Shown one piece after another: positions 12,740 to 28,718 of a stretch of DNA of 51,635 nucleotides (within the stretch, counting starts at the first letter, position 1; every line of letters starts with the position of its first letter). The notes under the pieces are model-generated. The model was not told the DNA's origin. It saw only the letters and a list, made by a program, of their open reading frames with translations, and made no database searches. Source of the DNA: Sphaeroforma arctica JP610 (lineage: Eukaryota); the NCBI RefSeq assembly GCF_001186125.1, contig NW_014040550.1, forward strand, positions 1 to 51,635, written 5' to 3'. Made by a program: the position numbers and the translations under genes.

Positions 12740-15700
12740 TCAGGATTCGTTTGGTTCGAGGACGAGCATGCTAGTCTTGTAGGCCAGCTTATCGAGTTCG
12801 GTCAGTAATATGTCGCTTTGAGCCGCACCGATATACCCCCACCACTCGAATTCGCTGTTGTATCCCGAGGCCGCTATGTGTTGTGATTTTCTGGTCAACA
12901 CTACAACACGCATAAGTAGAATGGGACTATAAATTAGCTTTCATATGAGCCAACTATGAATAGCCTTGTAACCTGATTGGTTATGACTCACGGTGATGCC
13001 TGGAAGGCAATTGATTTATATCAATCGCATTGTAAGGGTTTGATCAGAGGCACAGTATGATCCGATTGTTATTACTTGCAGCGCTGTCGCTAGCAGTACC
13101 TCGAAATGATCATCTCATCCTGTAAGGTAGAATACATACAGATGCTGCAACAAATCTGCAGAACGATAAACAAACTTTAAACAATATCTTAGTACAAAAG
13201 TATCATAATAGACCGCCATGTGCATGTACATGTACCTGAGTGAGAAGAACCTCGTTGACTTTGAGGATTCCCAGTGTGTTCACAGGGCAATGACTTTTGC
13301 CACGTGTATATTGACGAACTCCTCCCGGCTATTTCGCGAGCACCCTGAACACGTATCGTATTCCAAGCCAGAAATTTCAACTGCATGTCAGCTAGTTTAT
13401 CTTGCGGAAGCGATGCACGTACATTGTGCAACAGCGCCCCCAGTAGGTCTTTTACCGCGACATACCTCCCGATGTATCTGAACAGATAGATACAAGAACA
13501 TAGCAAAGAGGGTATACGCACCCAGTGGTACCCATGACGGTCAAACCCTATTTGAACCTATAGAATACCTCGTAGTCCTGGTAAGGATGCCTGCCTGCAG
13601 AGTCAAGTTGGAATGCAATATATGTGAATCAGGTTTGCAAGCAAATGATGGGAAAATATGATACTGTGAAAAATATCTCAAGAGACCTATCCATAAAAGT
13701 AGCTCAAAACTTTAACGAACTAGTTAGGGAATGCAGAATATCATGGACATCCGTCAGTAGCTTGATCATCCTACCATGCTTAGCACACGAGACACCCTTA
13801 GAAACACTTGTATTAGAATAGGAAGTGCACGTATTAATTCTGTGTCGATCGTGATATCTTGACAACACTGCAAGAAACTAATCTGAATTTGACAAAGTCT
13901 CTACATAATGACGACGTAGTTTTATCAATCACCTAGCGAACGTGTATTGTAATCGCTTGTGGAACATGACATGAACAGCATACCGGTGACTTCGATGTAG
14001 TTTCTCTCCCAAGTGCTTAGTTTCGTAACTTTTTGCCCAGGCAGGTTTGAAGCGGATTCGACTGTATACCAAGTTAAATTAAATATGTGATGCACCGTTT
14101 GTGCTCATTACCGCGAGGCTTCTATCTCACCCGGCAAAGCTAGCATTAGAGTCGAATCGTGCACCCTCACCCATCATAATATAATAACTGAGCTGATCAC
14201 ACATGCCCACATCAGCACCCGTGCACAACTTGACGTATTGCATTGCGTTAAAACACATACCATCATCAACAGCCAGGCTATCACCTGTAACACAACTATC
14301 AAGGAGCTTTTCTTTCTTGCTCTGCGTTTCGCATCGCGAGCTGGGCGATTTAGTTGCCTCGGATCCGGCCAGTTTGACGATGTTCGTCAGCAGGGCAAAT
14401 TTATCCCGAGTCTTAAGTGCTTCACCTGCATACGATACAGCGACTTATTTCCATAACATGATTTGTGGGGATTTTTATCTTATGAAATCCATTGGAGTTT
14501 GCGAATACAAAATTGAAAATCCAACTGCTCTTAGCTTGAATTAGATATCAGAAGCATCGATTTTCAAGAGTGTATCCAACAATATCCATTGGAATTGTGA
14601 GAGTTTCCCAGCAGTTAGAGTTTGGATGTTAACTCTTGGTTTTACTATTCTAGGAGAAAGTCAGTAATATGCATTCAGCGTATCATTATGTATTTGTTGG
14701 AACAGAAATGAAAACCCATGATCGTAATCCACCACTTACCTTTGCTGGATTCCGCAACAAAAACTTTCAGGGAAAGCGAGCTCGATGTTTTCGACTCAAT
14801 ATTCTTGCTGATCGACGAAAGCTGTGCCAGGCACTGTGAATTTGTTGTGTGAGATGAATTTAATGACAACTATGATGTCTATTTTGTGTGCCCACCAGTA
14901 CTCCCAAAATCTTTTCGACACACAGTATAGCCACAAGCACACAGTTTACCACCGGATTTGCTATGGTCTAAGATACAGATGTGATTCATACTCGCGATGC
15001 TATGAGGTACCTAACAATGAGTAAATACTCCGGGCACACCCTCAGATATTCATATAAACTTGCGAAATTTGTCCCGAGAAATGAACGAATGAGTATCTGC
15101 ACAGCCTACACACAAAAATGTCGAGCGATATGATCAATTACCTTTGCGCCACGATCTGGTGTCTTCGCTACTGCTTCATATCTGTCTGTTTCAACCGAAA
15201 AGCATAGACTCGTTACACAGTGATTCTCTCTACCGGTGTTATAAGACGCGATTGATGATTCGCACACGAATGCTTGTATGAATCCCGCACTCAGAACTAA
15301 GTGAAAGTATAGCATGCATCATTGCTGACTAATCCAAGACATCGAGATCTCCGCCTCCAATATTCAAGTAGAGGGTAGAAAGACCATTGCTCGTGTAGGT
15401 AATCAGGGTAGTGCATATAAAGTTCAGCCTCAGCATACCCTCCAAGTGTAACTGTTGAGAAAGAACGGGCACAGAGACAACTGAGAGGGATCCTGCGTGC
15501 ACTGGGTGTACATACGCACGAGGCAATCCAGGCGCGTTTTACAATATGCTTCCAATTACTATCCACTACCTTTAACCGATGACTGACTTGTCGATTCGTA
15601 ATCTGGTATTTTGTCCACTTCGACTTCCTCATCTGTATTCCAATGCAAAATCGGTCGAACTGTATAGCTAAACAAATCGGCGGTCGCAAACATCAGTACA

Positions 15701-17517
15701 AAAGAGTTTTGACTACGGATCACGGAGTAAGTCTATTAATGACAAACAGATCGAATACTCTACCCGAATGGAGCTCTGGGCAGAAATTCCGTGTCCCTCC
15801 CAAACATGCCAGGCGACTTCTTCTAGATCTGCTCAATCAGAATCTGCCATTAACTCATACTCTACATACGAAAAATGGGTTCATTCCGTATATCGCCTCG
15901 TCCACGGGTTGTCGATAAAACGCATGTGACTCCGTCGTAGGTGGTTTTACGCGAAATTGAAGGACTATTTTATGTATTACCGCCTTTGTCCATTCCAGCT
16001 GAAAATAAGGCTAGACGAGCAGGCACAAAAAATACGCACCTGGCCATCACGTTATCAATTATAGCGCACATACCTGCACTTCTGCGTTTTGTAGTTCAGC
16101 GGGTGGTGGTGTACTTCCAAACTGTTGTGAGCTTTTGTACACGCGTTCCCCTTGCTGCACAGCAAGTAACGAGGACAGTGGCCAGACATCAGCTCTCCAT
16201 CGGATATGGAGCACTCACAAGACACGTTGCTTTCTGTTTCAACATAAATGGTCGTGAGCGTGGAAACTAATCGTAAATTTATCATTTAAAGCAGATAAAC
16301 AATTTTCCGCTATAAATCGATTGTCTACTGAAAGCACTGCTCATATGATATTTCGGCAAGACGTTGCAAAGATGCTCTTATCTCAAAGCGCAGTAGATGC
16401 CACGTTCGAAGACACTTATAAACGGACACTCCATTACCTAGGTATTCTACTATATACCTAGTGATCATGTCCGTTGAATTGGCATACCAGATAGATCAAC
16501 TTTACAAGTGATTTGAACTTCAGTGGTTACAATTAAAATACGTTCTTCTATACGGATGCCAATAGAACACGAGCCTAGTGGTAAGACGCTCTCAACGGAA
16601 GTTCTTACCAATAAGCTCATCGCAGAACACCAGTTCATGAGGCCATTCAAAGGAGTTCGGTCCGGCACGTCTCTTATCCAGACACGAATGATGCTTTATG
16701 TGTTCATTGAGTGGTCACTTCTTTTAGATAAGGACACTGCTTATCATATACAGACAGAAGTTAAAATCTCCGTATAGGCCAATTCACAACTTCCAATGAT
16801 TTGTCCAGGTATAGACTACCCTAATAGTTATACAGAATATTCTAACATTGCCGCAGCACAAAGAAAAGTAAAGGCCAAACTATCATCACCCGATGTATAT
16901 TAAATTACATAATATATGTAAAATAACTCTGCAGTCGATAAAAACTGTAACACTTCCTACAATACTTTGTAATAATGCAATCGATATACTCCTGTGGATG
17001 TGCCATCCAGTCTGAAACATATCGACACTTCCAGCAGATGAATCCAAGCGTAAATCAACAAGGGAAAAATCGAAAATGATAAAAACAATACATGAATATT
17101 TAAATTCGAGGGCAGCACGGAAATGTAATAGTTTTATGTGACACCACCAAGATAGAGCTCATTACAAGTTGAAGCTCACTTACTTGCTTGTTGAGGTTAT
17201 TTTCTGGCTCAAATTCGAGTATACCTATTGCTTCCTTCACACCAGAAGTTTAATGCGTATGTCGGAAGCACACTTGACGGACTCTTCTGTGCCTCTACAC
17301 TCATATACCTAAAATACGCCAAAGAACCAACTAAAGCGTTACAAGACACCAATAGCAATTAACAGTGAACTTATTCGAACCTAAACGCACAGTCTTGTGA
17401 GGTTACCTTTGAGCACCGCTGTCGTTTCTCTTCGCTGACAGCGCAGCGTTTCGACCCGCACAGAGCAGTTTTGAAGTGATTGATGTGGTTCTCTTGGTGT
17501 TTGTATTTGTAGACCAT
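12740..17517 (-). CDS. Unkempt-type CCCH zinc-finger protein, multi-exon (3' half tentative)
   Basis: Exons 17517-17407, 16693-16609, 16266-16074 and ~15828-15764 splice in phase to FKTALCGSKRCAVSEEKRQRCSKHHSCLDKRR...CSKGNACTKAHNSLEVHHHPLNYKTQKCRSRRSRLACLGGTRNFCPELH. This is the FKT-C / H..DRRR / AH...E..HP..YKT..C pattern of Unkempt and plant TZF fingers. Further phase-compatible exons run down to a TGA at ~12740. Confidence 0.7.
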
Positions 17518-19318
17518 TGTACAGGTACTAGTGATCTCTGGGACAGCAGACAAAGACTTCCGATTAAACCACGTGCAATCAACTTTTCAGTTGAGGGGAT
17601 TTGTACCCACAATTGTGAAAATAATGACCAATTGTTTTTCCGAGAGATCGATATTGGGTCGAGTTGGTTGCTTTTCAGACTATGCTATCGTGTCAAACAC
17701 TCATGGTGATTAATTGAGAATTCAGTACGCCGACTACGATGCCCTATTTAAATATCAAACCAGGTATATCCACAGGCATATCATTCGCCTCTGATTCCCT
17801 ATCAGTCTTGCAGCTCATGTGCGCATATACAGTATACATAGGCCAACATATGCAGTAGTCCCAACTGTAACTACTGGTCGGTCACAACGCCGTACGACTT
17901 GTCACTCACTATACCGATAGCACGGCTTATTCTCTAGAGATGGCAGCAAAATGCGAGGTTCCCCCTAATTAAATAGCGAATGAGAGTCTCACTGGTATGA
18001 TATGTACGACAATCAAATAATGATCCATAGGAATTAACACATCTACTCGATGCCATATAAATTTAGATCCGTCATCCCAGTCTTCCCTTAATTGCTAGCG
18101 AGGTAGTCAACGTCGAATGCAGCCTGTTGAACTTCTGAAATGCCAGATGAACTCTTTCATAGCAACAATAACTCAAAGTACTGAGCTACTCACGAGTGGG
18201 AATGAACGTCAGAATGGCACTACCAGAGTTAAACGTTTCAGACAAATAATCGAGGCTGTATGTGACCCTTTAAAACTTTTATTCTGTGCAATAAACTATA
18301 AGTAGCCTGTGATTTATCCTTATGACTAGTAAGTAAAGTACATGAAATAAATGCAGTAGAAATCTTGAACCGAATTGCTGATATACCCGAGGCTGTGTAT
18401 GGCACGTTCAAACTGTTGCTCCTTTGCACACGCAATCGTTCACTATCACCAATTTTATCGGTCCAACTTGCATACCAAGGATATACATATTCTACATGAT
18501 GTAGGATACCGGAAGAGACCCATACACACACTTGTGGTTATATATGATACGTTTAAACTAATATTCTTGTGCACACATACCCGTTTTTTGTTACCACACG
18601 GTCGGTCCTCTGTATAAAGCGATATTATATTCACTTGGTATGCATGTTGATATATTGAACCCAAGTGCTGCACATACTCAGGCCTGTGTGGCTGCTTTGT
18701 ACTGATAATGGTATGCGCACGTTACTAAGTAAGGCCAACCGTTCGTCCAAGCGTTCTTCCATAAAAAGAGAGACTGTCAATTCGGCATTATGAAGCACCC
18801 ACCTGTTTGCCTTTACAGTACCTGTGATGTATTGTATGTGATAATTACGGATTGAATAATAGCTAAAGGAGAGAACAATACGCACGGAGAAACATACATG
18901 TGGAAGGCCTCTGAACCTATGTCTAATACACTACATGTGACATGTACATCTAGTACAGCACATGTGGGATATATAAATACAGACCTTGTATTCAGTATAA
19001 GAGAGTCATACTCGTATAAAATAATGAATATATTTCCCCAACCAGCAGTGACTTGTTGTTGACTTTCGTGTGTATTTTATAACAAACCCTGAAATATGAA
19101 ACCCAGCAGCAGGGTACACGTCCACATTCCACAGTCCACACCAGCCACACACTACACAGCCTCGGCCCTCGAGTCACAAGTCCCAAGTCACTCACAGGTG
19201 TAGTCGTGAGTTTGTAGGGTCTCAGGGTTTGAACACAATCCTCCATTTGATCAGGGACGGCAATGCAACACTCACTATACGGGATTGCTTAGCGTACTGA
19301 GGGGCATTGATACATATA

Positions 19319-19352
19319 CGCCACACGCCACACGCCACACGCCACACACCAC
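19319..19352 (+). repeat. (CGCCACA)n heptamer repeat upstream of POLR3F
   Basis: About 4 copies read directly. Confidence 0.85.
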
Positions 19353-19611
19353 ACTTCATTTAAGTGTTAACGATACACGTTTGTACATATCATCAGATGG
19401 GCACATATTGATACCCCACCACATAGCATATCAACCAGTTCCCTTGCTCTAGTCATCAATAAATAAGCCATAAGCACACCTTGATACACTACCACATGTC
19501 ATCTACATCTATGTTATCTAGATCCCAGCCTCTGATCTCATCCCAAAGGTATACAAGATTTTGGAGGTAGGTTAGGGTTAGTATAGCTTTGCATAGGAAG
19601 CAGTCGACATC

Positions 19612-22600
19612 ATGGCCGAGGCGCCAAGGAGAACCGAGAATGAACTGCAGAAGAGCATTCTTACTGAGATCAAAGAATTTGCTGATGTATGTCCGAGTGT
19701 GCTGTAGATGCAAGTTTTTAGTCCCTCATATGCTGTAGATGGAAGTTGTGTATACTGTACGTACAAGCTTATGTATTTAAGATTATGTATAGACGTTGTA
19801 AGTTTGGATGTACGAGCCGTTGTAGATATATATTGCTACTTTTAACCTTTTTAGCCAGTGCTAGTCACGTTCTCTCGTCAGGTGGTTAGATGCAAGTCGG
19901 TGAGCATTTGATCAAGTGCAGTATGTTTACTATACAGGTACATCTCAATATGTTACATCTGAAAACAATAGGCAGGCAACGCCGAGTAAATATGTCGCAG
20001 AACTACAACTAAATATGTATCACTGTGGGTATACGCTATGTATTCGACTTCTATGTCAACTTCCAATTTATTACTGATCGGGCTGTGCAGGTAGATGCTG
20101 TTATCAATTCTATATACATGGCTGATATAGATATTGCATTAATGTACATATATATATACGAACACACACACATACACACACACACACACACNNNNNNNNN
20201 NNNNNNNNNNNNNNNNNNNNNNNNNNNNNNNNNNNNNNNNNNNNNNNNNNNNNNNNNNNNNNNNNNNNNNNNNNNNNNNNNNNNNNNNNNNNNNNNNNNN
20301 NNNNNNNNNNNNNNNNNNNNNNNNNNNNNNNNNNNNNNNNNNNNNNNNNNNNNNNNNNNNNNNNNNNNNNNNNNNNNNNNNNNNNNNNNNNNNNNNNNNN
20401 NNNNNNNNNNNNNNNNNNNNNNNNNNNNNNNNNNNNNNNNNNNNNNNNNNNNNNNNNNNNNNNNNNNNNNNNNNNNNNNNNNNNNNNNNNNNNNNNNNNN
20501 NNNNNNNNNNNNNNNNNNNNNNNNNNNNNNNNNNNNNNNNNNNNNNNNNNNNNNNNNNNNNNNNNNNNNNNNNNNNNNNNNNNNNNNNNNNNNNNNNNNN
20601 NNNNNNNNNNNNNNNNNNNNNNNNNNNNNNNNNNNNNNNNNNNNNNNNNNNNNNNNNNNNNNNNNNNNNNNNNNNNNNNNNNNNNNNNNNNNNNNNNNNN
20701 NNNNNNNNNNNNNNNNNNNNNNNNNNNNNNNNNNNNNNNNNNNNNNNNNNNNNNNNNNNNNNNNNNNNNNNNNNNNNNNNNNNNNNNNNNNNNNNNNNNN
20801 NNNNNNNNNNNNNNNNNNNNNNNNNNNNNNNNNNNNNNNNNNNNNNNNNNNNNNNNNNNNNNNNNNNNNNNNNNNNNNNNNNNNNNNNNNNNNNNNNNNN
20901 NNNNNNNNNNNNNNNNNNNNNNNNNNNNNNNNNNNNNNNNNNNNNNNNNNNNNNNNNNNNNNNNNNNNNNNNNNNNNNNNNNNNNNNNNNNNNNNNNNNN
21001 NNNNNNNNNNNNNNNNNNNNNNNNNNNNNNNNNNNNNNNNNNNNNNNNNNNNNNNNNNNNNNNNNNNNNNNNNNNNNNNNNNNNNNNNNNNNNNNNNNNN
21101 NNNNNNNNNNNNNNNNNNNNNNNNNNNNNNNNNNNNNNNNNNNNNNNNNNNNNNNNNNNNNNNNNNNNNNNNNNAATTGATGGCCATCGTCGATTGCGCA
21201 AATGGGTTCCCCAGAGAGCACTTATGGTTCATGAACAATAATGCTTCGACGTACATTGCATAGATTAAATTTATTAATGTCGTTGTCAGATATTTGCATC
21301 ATACCTTCCAACCGCGAATGACAGTGTACATTCGCATAGTTTTCCAGAAATTATCGCTGTTTATTGTAAGCCTACCCACGAATACAACACATCAGGGAAT
21401 CGGGCCTGAGGAGCTAATGCAAAGATGCGAGATCGTGAAAGAGGATCTGTTGCGCAATGTAAATCTTCTGCTGAAAATGCAGAAGATCAAAATGCTAAAG
21501 GTATGTCAGGGAGTCTTCATGTGACGTGTGGTCTTTGTCTTTCAATATCAAGTATAGAATGATCCGAAGTAATCCGCGGCTACTTCCTTGTACTCTACTT
21601 GGACTTACAGAGATGGCTTACATAGTCTATACACGAAAGTTAATGTTTGGGTTTGTACTTTGGTGTATCTGATATACAGCAAGGTGGCAAGCCACTATTT
21701 AAAATAGTTGACCCAGGGGACCGCACGGTTGGAATGTCTCAGAAAGAATTGCTGGTCCATCAGTTGATTGAAGATGCTGGTTCGTTAGGTATGTATACGA
21801 AGTCACGTGTAGGTAGGAAACTACATATGCGAGTAATGCTCACATACACAAGCACATATTCAAACCAAATTCTCAGGCCTGTTCAACGGTGTGTTGTGAC
21901 CCCCGTGTCTCAAACGAGTTGATACAGTTTTATGCACAGCCGCTGAGATATGGAAAAAGGTAGTATGGGTGAAGCAAACGTGTCGTTTGTATGGGTTCCT
22001 TGCTGATTATACTGATTTATTGCTAATTTCGTATAACCAGGCATTTGGCAAAGGGAGTTGCGTATCCAAGTGAGCAAAGACATTGTGTCCACGGAGCTGA
22101 CGAAAATCATGAAGAACTTCATGAACAGAGGGATTGCCAAAGAAGTCAAGTCAGTCATGGTGTGTATCCAAGCAAGTAGGCTAGATGACGCTGTTCTCCT
22201 CTGTGTTGATAATTGTGATAGCATACGCTTTTGAGTGTGTGGTCTCTGCTTTCAATGCCAGATAGTAGTGAATGTCATTGACAACCGGCATCGCCCGGTA
22301 TCATATTTCAAAACAGGTTGTGGGCGCTCGTCTGCGTTCGCTGATTACTCTCAATGTATATATGATACCTATTTAAATTGGTCAATTCAAATGTGAAGAC
22401 TTCTGGTCATCTCTACACGTACAATGTGATATGAAATGGATTACTTAAAAACCAATATTGGTACGATTAGCGTACTTCAGGTCTGCGTAGTGATCCAATA
22501 TGAAATATCTCTTTTCCAACCATGTCCATCCTTTAAAAAGAATGAGGCAATATTGATTATCTGACAATTGTTATCACGCTTGGGCATTGCAGGAGCCGAA

Positions 22601-24520
22601 GAAGAAACTGTACATGTTATCATATATCACACCCGACCGGTCACTGACAGGTGGTGTGTGGTACAACGAAGCAGACTTCGATAAAGAATTCGTCAACGCC
22701 ATGAGCCTTGTGTGCGCAGACTACTGCATTGCCAGGGTGTGTCGCGCTTTTAAGACAAATGCCCTGCGTACTTTAGAGTATAGCGCTGCCAGTCAGGTTT
22801 TTTATAGGCTAGTTTGATTCCAAAGTGTTTTTGGTGATTGTGAATATCTATCTGGTTTTGTTGTCGCTTTGCATTTGTCATATAACCTCGTCGAGAACCT
22901 CTCGACCTAGCCGGTCACGTTCAAATGATCATGTAAGACTCGCACTACTTATTAAACTAGTGTAAAATATGTTTCGTGCTAAGTTTGCGACTTCGTAGCG
23001 TACCCCATTTTGTGTAATATTTTTGTATTTTAATTTTTGGTCAGAGTTTAAGTACTTTCATCTGCTGCAAATCTAATGCACTCGTTGATATTGACTACTC
23101 TGTTACAATTGCTTTACGTATTAGGGGCGAGAAGCAAAGTTGAACCATCCACACGATTTCTTGGAGAGAGTGAAAGCCAGTTGCGTTTCCGAAGCTGAGC
23201 TGCTCGAGCACATTGTGAAGTGTAAAGTCTCACAAGTAACGGTAAGTATGTGTTTCCAATCTTTCGAGTGCCACCTAGGATATTTTATGGTGACCTCTAA
23301 TTCCACCTTCGACATTATCAGAACTCATAAGCGAATTCGATGTAGTAATACGTCAACTCACGTTAATAGTTATTGCGACAGCCGAAGCACAATTTTTTCT
23401 ACACAAGTCATGGTTATGGTGGCCAAGGTATTTCAATGCCAAAAGTATTATCTTCTCAGGTGTCAGACCACATATTCTTCCCATACCCGGAGGATAACTT
23501 ATCTCTGTATTTGCAAGTGTGCTAAACCTCACACTCACGTTTGCCTACCTATCTGCACAGCTCCAAGTGAAAGATGTCGAATGCCTCATGCAAGCCTTGG
23601 TGTTCGATGGCAAAGTGCAGGTATGTGAACAAGACAGCAATATATACTCAAGTGTATTCGTAAAAAATATCTAAGCGTGTAAATACATTAGCTGTTCATT
23701 TGCTTGACCTGTCGTGTTTGCTGTATCACAACAAATCTAACAATCGAAAGCAAACAGCGTAGCTCAGATTGATATCAGCCTCTATGTAGTCTCTTCCGGG
23801 ATTGCTCAGGTGGTTTTTATCCTTGAATTCGGTCGCTAATTGAGATTGCAAACCGGATGACCGCGTCTACTGCTGAATCTTGTGCACAAACAGTCACATA
23901 TCCCACGAAATTGTGAACGTACCGAGTTGTGCTCACTCTTTTTGAGTAGAATGTTGACAGCAATAATTCAGTATACGAGCACCAAATTACTTGGCCCAAA
24001 TCATTCAATGTACCCATACTTTGTGCACGTGCTTAAAACTATTGGGCTTATATACAATAATGGAAATATATGTAAACAGATACTGATGGCTGGCGGTGCA
24101 GTCACCCCTGTAAAAGACCGCCAAGGAAGGGCAATCTCGGCAGGCATGAAGATATATCGAGCAGTGGAAACCCATCTCCCAGCCAATGGGTTGACCCAAT
24201 CGCCATGTGGTGTTTGTCCTGTAAGTACAATCTGTGTCTGTCTCGGATAAAATTTGTATGCTGTCATGCTTTTCAAGGTCGTAGCGCTTCGATGCTCCGC
24301 CAATTGAATGTCCCATTCAACACACATAAGGCAGCTACCACTTCCTACAACAGCGAGCTTAGCTTAACCCTTGATACGTACTGCATATTTATCGCTGCTT
24401 CAGTTATTTGAGTAGAATGTTCTTGTCCTATCACTCCTCTCTCAGGTGTTCAAATTCTGCAACGTGGGAGCTCCCATCTCCCCCGAATCATGCACATACC
24501 TGCGAGATTGGCTGGATTAG
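19612..24520 (+). CDS. POLR3F: RNA polymerase III subunit RPC6/C34
   Basis: Nine in-phase exons (19612-19686, 21396-21500, 21680-21788, 22041-22159, 22593-22736, 23125-23241, 23561-23620, 24080-24220, 24446-24520). Motifs LIEDAGSLGIW, KKKLYML..ITPDRSLTGGVWY, ALVFDGKV and PCGVCPVFKFC...ISPESCTYLRDWLD*. Confidence 0.95.
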
Positions 24521-25260
24521 CTGCTGCTGATCATAATTTAGATTGTATATAACACATTTTAGAAATAAGGTATACCACAGAAAGCGACAGATGTCTTTGT
24601 AGTCTAAAACCAATATCGATTGGATCGGCGAGCTTCAACTTATTCGTGAATCTTCCCAACAGAGCACACAACTTGTATGGAGGCCTTCCGCATTGTGAGC
24701 ATTTAACAGGTTCATCCTGTCATGCGAGATGCTTCAGTTCAAGTGCTGCCAAAACCCCTTCCACATTGATCGTATTACAAATGCGACCCGTCTCAGCAGA
24801 TAAAAGAAACCACTATTAAACTAAACGCACATGCAGTTTATGACATCAGTTTTATTAGTGCCTCGTGTGAGCAAGTACAGCGATAGTTCCCAATGTGCAC
24901 CACTCAGAATCTCGCTGCGTTTCAAGATCCGAGTCGACGACGAACCACCCAGTATTAATTACACCAGGATCGGATTGGGTTGTTGTCACTAAAAATATGC
25001 CGTGTATACCGATTGCAGCCAGCCTCTATGCAATACAAGGGCTGATCCGCTTCATGTTGCTTTTACAAGAATAGCTGAATAGCTGGCAAACTTGCGAATT
25101 GCAGCGCCAAAATGCAGACGAATTTTATCACAGCGCATCAGGCGACCAGTTGTATACCTCAAATGGGTTGCAAACTCAGTCCCCTCACACTTATACTCGA
25201 GCTTAAGTCTGCACAAGAAAGCGCTTGCGTCGCAAGATAGTCTAGAGTAATACTTTGCTT

Positions 25261-27762
<2,502 letters not shown>

Positions 27763-28678
27763 GGTACCTACACCTCTCAACAATCGGTGGTTGCAGTGGA
27801 ATGAGTGTGCGTGAATATGCTCAGGCTTGATCTGTGGACGTGACGAAGTAAGGAAGGAAAAAAAGGGTGACGGATTGCGGAGGTTAGGTTATAATTTAAG
27901 CATACCAGTTTCGAGCATGAAGCCTAATTAACTTTGGGAACTGCACCTGGGCTCAATTGCTACGAATTAAGTATACGAGACTCGTTAGCCGACTCCTTTT
28001 TAATATATTTCATACTACCACATGAATGAATAACACTGTGGACGTTGTCAGGCTACGTCAATGAGGCTTAAGCTTCCTATCTCGTGCACAGAGCTAATTT
28101 ATTTCGCAGCACACACTTAATTGTTGGTAATGGGAACATCCAGGAAAATAGTTAGAACTAGAAAAAAATTGTGCTGTGCGCCTGCACAGACAGTAGAAAA
28201 GCTAATTATATATCTATATCCNNNNNNNNNNNNNNNNNNNNNNNNNNNNNNNNNNNNNNNNNNNNNNNNNNNNNNNNNNNNNNNNNNNNNNNNNNNNNNN
28301 NNNNNNNNNNNNNNNNNNNNNNNNNNNNNNNNNNNNNNNNNNNNNNNNNNNNNNNNNNNNNNNNNNNNNNNNNNNNNNNNNNNNNNNNNNNNNNNNNNNN
28401 NNNNNNNNNNNNNNNNNNNNNNNNNNNNNNNNNNNNNNNNNNNNNNNNNNNNNNNNNNNNNNNNNNNNNNNNNNNNNNNNNNNNNNNNNNNNNNNNNNNN
28501 NNNNNNNNNNNNNNNNNNNNNNNNNNNNNNNNNNNNNNNNNNNNNNNNNNNNNNNNNNNNNNNNNNNNNNNNNNNNNNNNNNNNNNNNNNNNNNNNNNNN
28601 NNNNNNNNNNNNNNNNNNNNNNNNNNNNNNNNNNNNNNNNNNNNACACACACACACTACACACACACACACACACACA

Positions 28679-28718
<40 letters not shown>

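Noticed and set aside
19571..19580. GTTAGGGTTA telo-box-like motif near the POLR3F start (similar AGGTTAGGTT near 27880)
   Set aside because: A single short match is expected by chance; no further support.
20025..21263. Long ORFs containing X runs (also 28117-28774 and 45348-45958)
   Set aside because: Artefacts of N gaps.
24640..24765. Minus-strand fragment with KCSQCGR between the convergent POLR3F and PLPBP ends
   Set aside because: Short, interrupted by a stop, and no consistent exon chain.
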